Positions 9,473-18,409 are shown, counted from the stretch's first letter. The stretch is DNA of 64,000 nt from Candidatus Aenigmatarchaeota archaeon (GCA_016187415.1 JACPJT010000007.1:132821-196820); one strand, 5' to 3'. Made by a program: numbers and translations. Notes: generated by a model from the letters alone, not told the origin.

Positions 9473-10549
9473 TTATTCAAATACCAAAATGTAAGTCACA
9501 AAACTATCATTCTCAAGGGCTCTGCATAACATTTTGTTCTCATAAATTTTGTCCATAACAGTACAAGGTGTTGATAATACCTTCTCTTTTCCAGTGGACA
9601 AATCGTGTATAATTAGTTGCTCATTCACAGCATATCCGTCACTATCCCATCGGAACTTTTGGTAAAATACAAAATTTTTATAAATCATCGGTTTAATTTC
9701 TACAGTGTCTTGCTGTGTAGTAACATGGGTTTCCTCACCAGTAGAAAAGTCGTATGCATAAATGTCATTGTTCATTTTACCGTTCCTATTGTCAGACCAA
9801 ACAATGGTATTTTCATACATGAATGGGCTTGATTGTGCAAGTGAACTTTCTATTATTTGGGTGGAGTTGTCTGGTATGTTGTATACCAAGATATCATCCC
9901 CATAGGTTCCAATCAGTTTATAATCATAGATTTGTGATACGGATATTCCAATAGTATCGGTTGGGTCTGGATCTAAATATAGTCGAGTAGTTTCCTTGCT
10001 CGTTAGATTATAGACATACCACACATAACGGCCATTTTCATCATGTCCTCTCAAAACCAATATTTCATTGTAAAAACCTACCGCTTCTGGTGCAGGTTTG
10101 ATAGTTTTGATTTCAAGCTTCTTTTCTTTGCCACTAATGATGTTATAACTGAATATTTCTCCATATTCAAATCTGTTATCACTCCAAATGATATTATTTC
10201 CATAAATTCGTGGATGATTTTGGTCTGAATTGTCAAAAGTTATCTGGGTGGTTTTGCCAGATGGGATGTCATATAAGAAAATGTCATTGTTGCCAGAAGA
10301 TGAGCCCTCGAAAACAACCTTGTCACCATAGATATCAGAGTTACCAGTGTCGTCAGGTAATTTGATTGTCTTGAATTTACCGAACTCTTCAATTGAAGTT
10401 TCTTTAGTTTCAGTTAGTTGAGAAGACCCTATGGCTTTGCCAGTGATTTTACTCGTTTCGGTTTCTGGCGATGGCACTAAAATGCCTATGGCAACAAGAA
10501 GAAATACAATGACTAAAACTCCAATGCCTATCTTTTTCCACAGATTCAT
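9473..10549 (-). CDS. Membrane-anchored TolB-like beta-propeller protein
   Basis: N-terminal TM; repeats such as PRIYGNNIIWSDNR and DIYAYDFSTGEETHVT. Confidence 0.8.
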   Translation of the reverse strand: MNLWKKIGIGVLVIVFLLVAIGILVPSPETETSKITGKAIGSSQLTETKETSIEEFGKFKTIKLPDDTGNSDIYGDKVVFEGSSSGNNDIFLYDIPSGKTTQITFDNSDQNHPRIYGNNIIWSDNRFEYGEIFSYNIISGKEKKLEIKTIKPAPEAVGFYNEILVLRGHDENGRYVWYVYNLTSKETTRLYLDPDPTDTIGISVSQIYDYKLIGTYGDDILVYNIPDNSTQIIESSLAQSSPFMYENTIVWSDNRNGKMNNDIYAYDFSTGEETHVTTQQDTVEIKPMIYKNFVFYQKFRWDSDGYAVNEQLIIHDLSTGKEKVLSTPCTVMDKIYENKMLCRALENDSFVTYILVFE

Positions 10550-10646
10550 TTTAATAGTCTATCGGCAGTCATCCTTATAAATACTATACTCAAAGGATAC
10601 TGAACGTAAGTCAATCAAACTCTTTATCGTAAACTCACTTTAATAT

Positions 10647-10913
10647 ATGTTATGGGATGACGTCAGTTTTGTTCTTGGTAGTCCTTTAGCCAAGAAGATA
10701 CTAATAGTTATAAATGAGTCGAAAGAACCCATCGCTCCTGTCCAGATTTCCAAGCTAACTAAAATACAAAGAACGAATGTTAGCAAAAAGTTGATACCGC
10801 TTGTGGAAAAGAAGCTTGTAATATGTGTTAATCCTGAATCAAGAAAATGGCGGTTTTACGAAATCACTCCGAAAGGTAGAGAAGTTCTGGAGAAATTAAA
10901 CCGAATGCAGTGA
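10647..10913 (+). CDS. Small winged-HTH regulator (ArsR/MarR-like)
   Basis: PVQISKLTKIQRTNVSKKLIPLVEKKLV...RFYEITPKGREVL. Confidence 0.85.
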   Translation: MLWDDVSFVLGSPLAKKILIVINESKEPIAPVQISKLTKIQRTNVSKKLIPLVEKKLVICVNPESRKWRFYEITPKGREVLEKLNRMQ

Positions 10914-11365
10914 TTTAACAGTACCAACCCGCCAAGTGGTGATGTACATTTTATCTCTTAAAAATATACCTTCTTTTGTCAGATAATCTTGTAAATTTTG
11001 TTTGTCCGCAAAAGAGAGACACTTAGTACCTTTGTCAATCACCACTTTCAATTAAAAAGGAAATATAGCATTTATTTCGACAAAATATGGATTATTTTTC
11101 TCTCTTTCGATTACTTTTATCTGTTCACTTTGTTAGATATTGTTCTTAGTTTTGGTTTTTTGATTGTATTATTAGGTACAAAAAAGTAGTTTTTTTTGTG
11201 TATGTTTCATGTATTCAAAAGTGTGTAGTGTGTTTGTGGGGATACTCGGAGTAGTCACAATGAATACAAATTGTGGTTTTGCCATTAGGATATGCAGACT
11301 TTTTACAAGTTCTATCTCTGCCCAAAAATGACAATCTAATAAATAAAGAAAATGTATCTAAACTC

Positions 11366-12172
11366 ATGAGTGAGTTAATAAAAGCTGACCAGAAACAACT
11401 TTTGATAGCCACCCTCAACAAAAGGGGATTTATCTTGGAGAAAAAGGCTTGGCAAATTTTGTTCAACTTCAGAATGGAAAGGTCGGGCATACAAGATGCA
11501 CTTTTGGGCATCGAAAGAAATGTGCTAAGAGGCAGGCAAATAGAACCCGATGAAACATCTGAAACAGACTTGGTTTTTCATGGTGCGTATTATGTTGCCA
11601 TCATAGAATGCAAAAGAACCGATTATACTTGGATTTTTACTAAATCTAACAATAGCACGGTAAATATAATATCACACGGTTATGGTGGGGTAAAACGAAG
11701 ACCAAAAAATTTACCAGAGTTTACGGTAGTTGATTCCAACATAGCTGTTATGGTCGAAGGTGATGGTACACTTAGAACCACAAACAAATCAAGTGATTAT
11801 GCCCAAACGTCATATAAGGAAATTGATGATTACGCATACCAGCTTTTAAGGAATTTAGATTCCCGCTTGGGTATTACGGCGGGACATTTTCCAGAGGAGT
11901 TTAACGGTAAAAGCTTTCCTCCGATACTGTTGACAAATGCCAAGTTAGGTGTCTTGGAGTTTGGCGACTCACAAATAAATGATAAAGGAGATTTAACAGA
12001 TTACAATAACTTGTCCGAGTTTCCTTTCTTCGCTTACAATAAACAAGCTATTATGGCGTTCGATCAGAACAATGAAACCGATTTCACCAAAACTATTTTT
12101 ATAGTGAACATCGAGCACCTAAACGAATTTTTGGAACTTTATGGGAGTATGGAAGTTTCGAGGTTTCAGTAG
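11366..12172 (+). CDS. PD-(D/E)xK restriction-endonuclease-like protein
   Basis: GFILEKK helix plus ETDLV...IIECK motif; start uncertain (frame open from 11273). Confidence 0.65.
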   Translation: MSELIKADQKQLLIATLNKRGFILEKKAWQILFNFRMERSGIQDALLGIERNVLRGRQIEPDETSETDLVFHGAYYVAIIECKRTDYTWIFTKSNNSTVNIISHGYGGVKRRPKNLPEFTVVDSNIAVMVEGDGTLRTTNKSSDYAQTSYKEIDDYAYQLLRNLDSRLGITAGHFPEEFNGKSFPPILLTNAKLGVLEFGDSQINDKGDLTDYNNLSEFPFFAYNKQAIMAFDQNNETDFTKTIFIVNIEHLNEFLELYGSMEVSRFQ

Positions 12173-12224
12173 AATCTTCGTCGGCTCAAAATCTCACTAA
12201 GATTTGTGTGTGTGGCTTTGAACA

Positions 12225-13049
12225 CTAGCTAAACAATCTTTTAAACTCCTCAGGAATTTCAACAATACGTCTTCGTTTCAACTCAGTGATTTCCTCATAC
12301 TCTTCTTCGATTAGAATATCTGCTAAAAGTAGTGCAAGTCTTTGTGGAAAAATAGTTGTTAGAAGTTTGAATATCAACGTATACGGTATGCATTTGGAAA
12401 CTGTCACACGATAGAAGGATTCTTTATCCCATGTTCTTCCAGTTGCATTATCAGAATACCATTGCCACTTTTCTTCTATACGCCCTAGGACTTTGTCTAA
12501 ACTGTTGAGTGTAGCATCTTTAATTGGGAAAAATTGGTTGAAATGACTCCAAAGTTCATTTTGACTATCATCATATGCATGCCTTTCATAACTTAACTTT
12601 GTACTTACCATATCAATTAGAACAGATTTGACACCATCTACAAAGGAAGAATGTTTGGATACATCTTCTCTCACACTATGGAAATCAAAAAAATATTCAA
12701 GGTAACGAATTTCCTTCTCACTAAATGTTGTCTTGAACTCTTTTTTCATGAAATCGAAAAATGGCTTAAGAGTTCCCCTATAACATTGTGTTGTACGCAT
12801 CCTCACACATTTTTTACCGGAGTTGTAGGTTATGGAGTGCGGTAATTTTCTTATGGTACTTTCTAAATAACTTTCCTTCTGAAATTTTTCCCAGTACTTA
12901 ACAACCAAGGGGATGATTCTCCCTCTTGATTTCTTAACCGCTTTCTTTTCTGTCTTTGGATAGAGCTTGTTCGAAGTAGTAACTGTAGTATTCCAGTCTC
13001 TAAAGAACTCATTAAATATTCTATTTTCAGCAGGATTGTTACTAAGCAT
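12225..13049 (-). CDS. Hypothetical protein
   Basis: 274-aa ORF divergent from the RHH/helicase operon; no motif recognised. Confidence 0.6.
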   Translation of the reverse strand: MLSNNPAENRIFNEFFRDWNTTVTTSNKLYPKTEKKAVKKSRGRIIPLVVKYWEKFQKESYLESTIRKLPHSITYNSGKKCVRMRTTQCYRGTLKPFFDFMKKEFKTTFSEKEIRYLEYFFDFHSVREDVSKHSSFVDGVKSVLIDMVSTKLSYERHAYDDSQNELWSHFNQFFPIKDATLNSLDKVLGRIEEKWQWYSDNATGRTWDKESFYRVTVSKCIPYTLIFKLLTTIFPQRLALLLADILIEEEYEEITELKRRRIVEIPEEFKRLFS

Positions 13050-13099
13050 ACCAATTCAGTATAGTAACTGAATTTATAAGCGTTTTCCATTGTCTAATA

Positions 13100-13303
13100 A
13101 TGCAAAACAGAACCAGAGTAATTGGTGTAAGGTTTCAGCCTAAACAGGCAAACTTGTTAGCAGAAGTTTGCGATTCGAGAGGGGAAGACGTATCGGATTT
13201 TGTCAGGAGGTCTGTCTTAACAGAACTGGCAAAGCTGTCTTATTTTGGAGTTTCTGAGAAGAAGGCATTAGGTGTTGTGGGTGTCAAAGATAACAGCGAA
13301 TGA
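13100..13303 (+). CDS. Ribbon-helix-helix (CopG-like) protein
   Basis: RVIGVRF...RGEDVSDFVRRSV pattern. Confidence 0.75.
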   Translation: MQNRTRVIGVRFQPKQANLLAEVCDSRGEDVSDFVRRSVLTELAKLSYFGVSEKKALGVVGVKDNSE

Positions 13304-13415
13304 AGCGGACGATGAGATTGAGGAACGAGACCCGCCGTGGTTCCGTATTTTCCTCGAAGCATACCGGAAGCAGAAAAAATTTTCGGAGGATGTGATTCTA
13401 TTAACGAAGTCATGA
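13281..13415 (+). CDS. Small hypothetical protein (44 aa) between RHH and helicase
   Basis: GTG start, MSKITANEADDEIEERDPPWFRIFLEAYRKQKKFSEDVILLTKS; its stop overlaps the helicase ATG (ATGA). Confidence 0.45.
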   Translation: MSKITANEADDEIEERDPPWFRIFLEAYRKQKKFSEDVILLTKS

Positions 13416-15133
13416 AAGCATTACTTGAAATAATCAAGAAGAAGCAAATTACAAAATCTAATCTTTTGCAGGAATTCAAATCAGCTACTCCTGAGTTGGT
13501 AGAGGGTCTACCTAAGAAAGACAATGTGGCCACTACATGGTTGAGCAAACACCTGCATGGTTTTGTTAAAGAAGACAAAGATGGAGTCTTAGTTCTAAAT
13601 CAAGAAGGCAATGAACAACTGAGAAAATTCTTGAACGAGACAGATGAGTATTCCACTCCAGAGAAGTTTTTCCAAAAAGAAGGTAACATCGGTAAATTTG
13701 TGCCGAAGTTATTGGCAGAAGCTATAATGGAAAAGACACAGTTCATCACACTCAACGATACCCAAGAGGTTTATTTTTATGATGCAGTGGAAGGTATTTG
13801 GAAACCCAATGGAGAAACTTTAATCAGGGCAACCGGTACAGTTTTTTTAGAAGATAAGACGCAACAACATTTTTTAAACGAGACTTTGGATTACATAAAG
13901 AGTCGCACGTACAAAGACAGAACTATATTCGATAACCAAAATCCAAACTTCTTACCATTGCAGAATGGCATATTGGATATAGAAAAACGAACATTACTGC
14001 CTTACAATCCCGATTTCTTCTTTACTTCGAAACTCGGAATCAAATACGATCCTGATGTGGACTGCCAGAAAATTAAGAAATTTCTCAGTGAAATAGTATC
14101 ACCGGACGATGTGAATTTGCTAATAGAGACAGCAGGCTACTGTCTTTGGAGGGAGTACCCTATCCAAAAGGCTGTTATGCTGGTTGGTGATGGTGCTAAT
14201 GGCAAGTCGACTTATCTAAGCTTATTAGGTAGATTTATTGGGTCAGAAAATATTGCGTCTGTGTCATTACAAGACTTGGAAAGAAACAGGTTTGCAAGCT
14301 CTAACCTCTACAGAAAACTTGCGAATATCTATGCCGATTTACCAAGTGTGGCATTGAAGAATGTCGGATTGTTTAAGATGCTAACAGGCGGCGACATATT
14401 TGCGGCAGAAAAAAAGTTCAAGAATTCCTTTCAATTCAGAAATCACGCCAAATTAATCTTTTCGGCAAATCAAGTTCCGTACGTCGCCGACGAAACTGGG
14501 GCATTTTATCGTCGGTGGGTTATCATAAATTTTCCCTTTAAATTCGAAGGTGACAAGTCAAATCTGATGATTTTACAGGAACTTGTTACTGAAGATGAAC
14601 TCAGCGGATTTCTTAATCTGGTTATTCCCGCATTAAACAAAGTCTTGAAAGAAGGATTTTCCTACATCAAGTCCACCGAAGAAATCAAGCGAGCTTACAT
14701 ACGTGCAAGCGATCCGATTGCAGCATTTGCAAGTGACTGTCTAATAGAGTCGCCAGAAGACGTTGTACCAAAGGATGATGTGTACAACTCGTATATGAAC
14801 TATTGTAGAATCAACAAGTTGCCTATTGTTGCAAATTCTGCATTTGCCAAAAATCTACGTCGCTATGTTTCAATCAGTGAAACCAGACCTAAAATAGATA
14901 ACGATAGAGTTCAGTGTTGGCAAGGAATTAAGCTGGTCAATCCTGTCAACGATGTCAAGGGTGCTTCCAACCTTAATTCTTTTTCAGTTGTGGGAGAAAG
15001 TAAAATAGAAGATAAGGTTGACATACCTGACGTCTCTGACAATGGTGTTTGTGAATATTGTGGTCAACATACTAAGGTTCAAAAATTCAAAGGTAGGTAC
15101 ATCTGTAAATTATGCATTACGAATGTGGCATAG
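13412..15133 (+). CDS. D5/P4-family SF3 replicative helicase
   Basis: LPLQNGILD D5_N motif, Walker A GDGANGKST, KLIFSAN and AFYRRW motifs, C-terminal wHTH and CEYC...CKLC. No primase domain recognised. Confidence 0.9.
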   Translation: MKALLEIIKKKQITKSNLLQEFKSATPELVEGLPKKDNVATTWLSKHLHGFVKEDKDGVLVLNQEGNEQLRKFLNETDEYSTPEKFFQKEGNIGKFVPKLLAEAIMEKTQFITLNDTQEVYFYDAVEGIWKPNGETLIRATGTVFLEDKTQQHFLNETLDYIKSRTYKDRTIFDNQNPNFLPLQNGILDIEKRTLLPYNPDFFFTSKLGIKYDPDVDCQKIKKFLSEIVSPDDVNLLIETAGYCLWREYPIQKAVMLVGDGANGKSTYLSLLGRFIGSENIASVSLQDLERNRFASSNLYRKLANIYADLPSVALKNVGLFKMLTGGDIFAAEKKFKNSFQFRNHAKLIFSANQVPYVADETGAFYRRWVIINFPFKFEGDKSNLMILQELVTEDELSGFLNLVIPALNKVLKEGFSYIKSTEEIKRAYIRASDPIAAFASDCLIESPEDVVPKDDVYNSYMNYCRINKLPIVANSAFAKNLRRYVSISETRPKIDNDRVQCWQGIKLVNPVNDVKGASNLNSFSVVGESKIEDKVDIPDVSDNGVCEYCGQHTKVQKFKGRYICKLCITNVA

Positions 15134-15164
15134 AATATTTATATCTGATCAATAATTATTCTAT

Positions 15165-15695
15165 ATGGAGAGTCGGGAAGAGCTCGAAGAAAAAGTCAAG
15201 AAAGGAATTTATACTGTATCTACTACACCAAGACCAGACTTGCCCAAAGAGGTGCATTATCCGCCATGGATGTATCCTGAAATGTACCCTGAAAGATACC
15301 AAGACCTCAGCAAAATAACTTCAACAGTTAGTGTAAGTGGAACAACAATTATATTCGAAAAACCAACAACAGGTGAGAATTTTGCAGTTTCTATTACTCC
15401 TTCTAAAGACAACACAGAAAGAAGTCTGATAATTACATCTAATGGCAATTTAGTAGAAAAGAAAAAATTATGGGACAGGAACTTAGGCTCTAAAGATGCT
15501 GTAAAGACGTTGATGGAATGGGGCGCTGGGACAAAAGAAATTGGTGAATTAAGCGATTTTATAGATACCAGACTGCGAACTGTCAACATAGAAAAAGAAA
15601 ATCGTGTTCGGGCTGGCTTAGACATATCTGATTCAGGTATATCAGGTAGTGTATCAGCCGAACGAAAGGAAAAGAAAGAGACTGTTAGTTCTTAA
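15165..15695 (+). CDS. Hypothetical protein (last gene of the element)
   Basis: 176-aa ORF; Pro-rich N-terminus. Confidence 0.6.
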   Translation: MESREELEEKVKKGIYTVSTTPRPDLPKEVHYPPWMYPEMYPERYQDLSKITSTVSVSGTTIIFEKPTTGENFAVSITPSKDNTERSLIITSNGNLVEKKKLWDRNLGSKDAVKTLMEWGAGTKEIGELSDFIDTRLRTVNIEKENRVRAGLDISDSGISGSVSAERKEKKETVSS

Positions 15696-15756
15696 TATTC
15701 TGCAAGAAAACTTGTAGCTTTCCTAAAATTTCCGGAATTGTTGACCTTTTGCCGAA

Positions 15757-15768
15757 TGAATGGGGATA
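15757..15768 (+). repeat. attR core TGAATGGGGATA
   Basis: Identical to 5342-5353. Confidence 0.8.
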
Positions 15769-15875
15769 AAGGAACTATGAGATTCTCCTCGCCAAATGGG
15801 GATTTCAGCTTCAGACCAAGAATTGAAATACGGCAGCTTACCTTTTTGCTTGCCGCCACTCTCGGTTTTCTTTAA
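15769..15875 (+). pseudogene. Displaced 3' end of the 4735 gene (KGTMRFSSPNGDFSFRPRIEIRQLTFLLAATLGFL*)
   Basis: In frame with 4735 after joining at the att core; stop TAA at 15873-15875. Confidence 0.7.
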
Positions 15876-15877
15876 AC

Positions 15878-16348
15878 GTGATTAAAATGAAAAAGAAGAC
15901 GGAAATAAGATTAGAGAGGAAATTCCTATCCGCGCCCCTTCATCATATAGACACTTCGGTAGTCAGAGAAAATCCCACTACCCAAAATGGGAGATATTGC
16001 GTAGCTTATCTGAATATAGTAGGTACTAAATATAGAGGAAAATTTTCTATACCGATGCCGGGAAAATATCTGCTTAGTACATTCAATGTTCATGATTATT
16101 CTAAACGAGTAGATCTTCTCGAAGTCATCTACAGCTTGATTAAAAAAAGAGAAATAGAACTGGTTAGCATAAACAATATAGAAAAAACCACCGAGAGAAT
16201 ATATGGAGCTGATAGACTGATACCCGCTTCCGCAATCGAGGATGATGCTGAAACATTTATTACATTAGATGAAGATTTGATTCATAACGAAACAATAGAA
16301 AGAGAATTCACCATAGAGATAAGGCATCCTAAAGAGAAGTTATCATAA
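15878..16348 (+). CDS. PIN-domain (VapC-like) protein, possibly degenerate
   Basis: HIDTSVV N-terminal motif and FITLDEDL C-terminal motif. Confidence 0.55.
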   Translation: MIKMKKKTEIRLERKFLSAPLHHIDTSVVRENPTTQNGRYCVAYLNIVGTKYRGKFSIPMPGKYLLSTFNVHDYSKRVDLLEVIYSLIKKREIELVSINNIEKTTERIYGADRLIPASAIEDDAETFITLDEDLIHNETIEREFTIEIRHPKEKLS

Positions 16349-16495
16349 TCTTAGTTTTTTTTGTACTTTTTGAAGCTCATCAAAAGCGCCACTTTTCAGG
16401 GCCCTTTGATACACTCTTTCCAATTCTGGATCATCAAACATTTTTTTATATTTCATATTATCACACTACAATTAATTCTGTTGTTTATAAATAAA

Positions 16496-16567
16496 TGGGT
16501 CCGTCCAGAATTGAACTGGAGTCTCCACCTTGTAAGGGTGGCATCCTAGCCACTAGACTACGAACCC
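16496..16567 (-). tRNA. tRNA-Val(TAC), no intron
   Basis: Cloverleaf; anticodon arm CCACC-CTTACAA-GGTGG. Confidence 0.95.
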
Positions 16568-16605
16568 GTATGATAAATAAAACTTTCACTATTTAAATTA
16601 TATTA

Positions 16606-17052
16606 ATGAGAATAAGAGAACTAAAACGATCGGATTCTAAAGATATTTCGACCATTTCAAAAATTCTTTCTAAGTATTTTACTCCAGCGGCTAGAAGAAA
16701 TATTAGAAGAGTGTGTAAAACTCAAAATGGTTTTGTAGTAGTTGAGGAAAGAGTAATAGGATTCCTTCTTTACAGAAAATGGAAATACACCGCTGTAATA
16801 ACATGGATGGGGGTTTTGCCAGAATATCAGAATAAAGGAATAGGAAAAAGTTTATTAAAGACTCTTGAAAATGAACTAAGAAAACACGGCATTAGCGAAC
16901 TGAGAGTCTCCACTTTAGCACCGACTGTTAAATATAAGCCGTATGAGAAGACGAGGAGATTTTATTTCAAAAATGGGTTTCAGAAATACAGAATTGATAA
17001 GAAATTTTATCCAGATGGTTCTGACAGGCTTGTTCTTTTGAAGGATATTTAA
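16606..17052 (+). CDS. GNAT-family acetyltransferase
   Basis: MGVLPEYQNKGIGKSLL motif A; RFYFKNGF. Confidence 0.9.
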   Translation: MRIRELKRSDSKDISTISKILSKYFTPAARRNIRRVCKTQNGFVVVEERVIGFLLYRKWKYTAVITWMGVLPEYQNKGIGKSLLKTLENELRKHGISELRVSTLAPTVKYKPYEKTRRFYFKNGFQKYRIDKKFYPDGSDRLVLLKDI

Positions 17053-17076
17053 TTAAGAAACAAATCAGGTTTTCTA

Positions 17077-17163
17077 ACCGAAACTAGTCGGTATTTGGTT
17101 GCAGTAACCAAAAAAAGTTCTATTTTACTTACTTTGTAAAACATGTGGGAAATGACCCCCTAC
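17077..17163 (-). ncRNA. Candidate structured RNA (four tandem hairpins)
   Basis: Stems at 17077-17092, 17094-17112, 17121-17143 and 17145-17163; G-U extensions favour the minus strand. Confidence 0.3.
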
Positions 17164-17198
17164 GAAAAATGGTATAATATAAACTTTAATCTATTTTT

Positions 17199-17843
17199 AT
17201 GGAATTTCCAGACAAGCTAAATAAAAATTTAGCGGAATTCATTGGCATATTGTTAGGCGATGGCTCAATTTCCAACACCTACCAGTATAGAGTTCAGATA
17301 ACTCTGAATGAAAATGAGATTGAATATAGAAAGCATGTTATAAAAACAATAAGAGAACTTTTTAATCTTGAACCTCGAGTATTCTTTAGAAAGGGTGAAA
17401 GAGCAGTAGACATACAATTATTTAACCAAAAATTAATTGATTTCATGATTAATGATATTGGGTTAGTTACAGCACCAAAATGGCAAAGAGCAGTGATACC
17501 ATCTACATATCTAAATACGGATTTGGAAAAAGATATTTTACGAGGATATTTTGATACTGATGGCAGTGTTGTGTTAGCAAAAAATAATGGAACCTTGTAT
17601 CCAAGATTAGAAATGAAAATATCACCATCTCCAATGCAAAAATCATTTATAGAGATTTTAGAAAGGACTGGAATCAGATTCGGAGTGTATAATATAGGAA
17701 GAGGCAAAGTCAGAGTCCAAATTAATGGAATTAAACAAATCCAAAAATGGATGAATCAAATCGGAATTAATAACAAGAATCAATCTGAAAGATTAAAAAA
17801 GATAGCGGGAGAAGGATTTGAACCTTCGACCTCCGGGTTATGA
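17199..17843 (+). CDS. Free-standing double-motif LAGLIDADG endonuclease
   Basis: LAEFIGILLGDG and ILRGYFDTDG motifs; no intein splicing motifs; 3' end overlaps tRNA-iMet antisense. Confidence 0.88.
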   Translation: MEFPDKLNKNLAEFIGILLGDGSISNTYQYRVQITLNENEIEYRKHVIKTIRELFNLEPRVFFRKGERAVDIQLFNQKLIDFMINDIGLVTAPKWQRAVIPSTYLNTDLEKDILRGYFDTDGSVVLAKNNGTLYPRLEMKISPSPMQKSFIEILERTGIRFGVYNIGRGKVRVQINGIKQIQKWMNQIGINNKNQSERLKKIAGEGFEPSTSGL

Positions 17844-17925
17844 GCCTATCGCAAATGCTACCCTTATAGTAGACATTTTCGACGAGCACTCCAGGCTGCT
17901 CTATCCATATAGGGTTACCCTCGCT
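17803..17925 (-). tRNA. Initiator tRNA-Met(CAT) with two introns: 4/5 (17907-17921, 15 nt) and 29/30 (17847-17879, 33 nt)
   Basis: The spliced product has A1-U72, three G-C pairs in the anticodon stem and a CTCATAA loop; both introns form BHB motifs. Confidence 0.9.
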
Positions 17926-17994
17926 ATGATAGCATCCCGCTTTTTCAGTATTATGATCCATCCTTTAAATTATTTAAATGGCCTATGTATTTCT

Positions 17995-18408
17995 ATGAAA
18001 ACTCGATATGAGGTTCAGGCTATTATTTTTGATGAAGAAAGCGGCGAAAAAAAGGCCTTTTTGATACATGTCTACGATCCCAAGACAAAGAAGCGCACGT
18101 GGAGATTGGTCAAGGGCGGCATAGAAAAGGGGGAAACCGACGAGCAGGCGCTGAAAAGGGAAATCATGGAAGAAGTGACGCTTGCTGATGTCCAGCCGAT
18201 AAAGAAAATCTATAACTACGATTTTGTTCATGAAGACACGCACCACATGGTGGCAAGTTATCTTGTGAAAGGCAACATGAGCGAGAAACCGAAGCTGAAC
18301 ATGGACGGCAGCCGAGAGATTATCGACTCAAGATGGGTTTCTCCGAAGGATGCAATCCGACTTCTTTTCTGGGACAATGAAAAACATGTTGTTGGACTCT
18401 TAAAATAA
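17995..18408 (+). CDS. NUDIX hydrolase
   Basis: KGGIEKGETDEQALKREIMEE Nudix box; ATG 17995 chosen because the upstream extension overlaps the tRNA. Confidence 0.88.
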   Translation: MKTRYEVQAIIFDEESGEKKAFLIHVYDPKTKKRTWRLVKGGIEKGETDEQALKREIMEEVTLADVQPIKKIYNYDFVHEDTHHMVASYLVKGNMSEKPKLNMDGSREIIDSRWVSPKDAIRLLFWDNEKHVVGLLK

Positions 18409-18409
18409 A

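Larger units (their letters stand above)
5342..15768. mobile_element. Integrative element (~10.4 kb, plasmid/satellite-like, no recognisable capsid genes)
   Basis: Integrase at the left end, RHH plus SF3 helicase at the right end, AT-rich cargo, 12-bp terminal direct repeat. Confidence 0.85.

Noticed and set aside
10998-11189. Hydrophobic 63-aa ORF in the AT-rich element spacer
   Set aside because: Low-complexity T-rich sequence, TTG start, no motif.
5287-15817. Alternative att core AGCTTCAGACC (5287-5297 and 15807-15817), also in frame
   Set aside because: It is shorter than the 12-mer and further from the integrase, and is explained by an internal SFRPRI repeat of the host protein. The segments it would assign to the element read as host coding sequence. 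Not formally excluded without an empty-site genome.
16496-16567. tRNA-Val as the integration site of the element
   Set aside because: No duplicate of its 3' end was seen near the integrase.
17818-17994. N-terminal extensions of the NUDIX ORF (also RNase Z-like 32328-32399, MinD 47330-47671, RNase H 47211-47462)
   Set aside because: They overlap tRNAs or divergent genes; family similarity begins at downstream ATGs.
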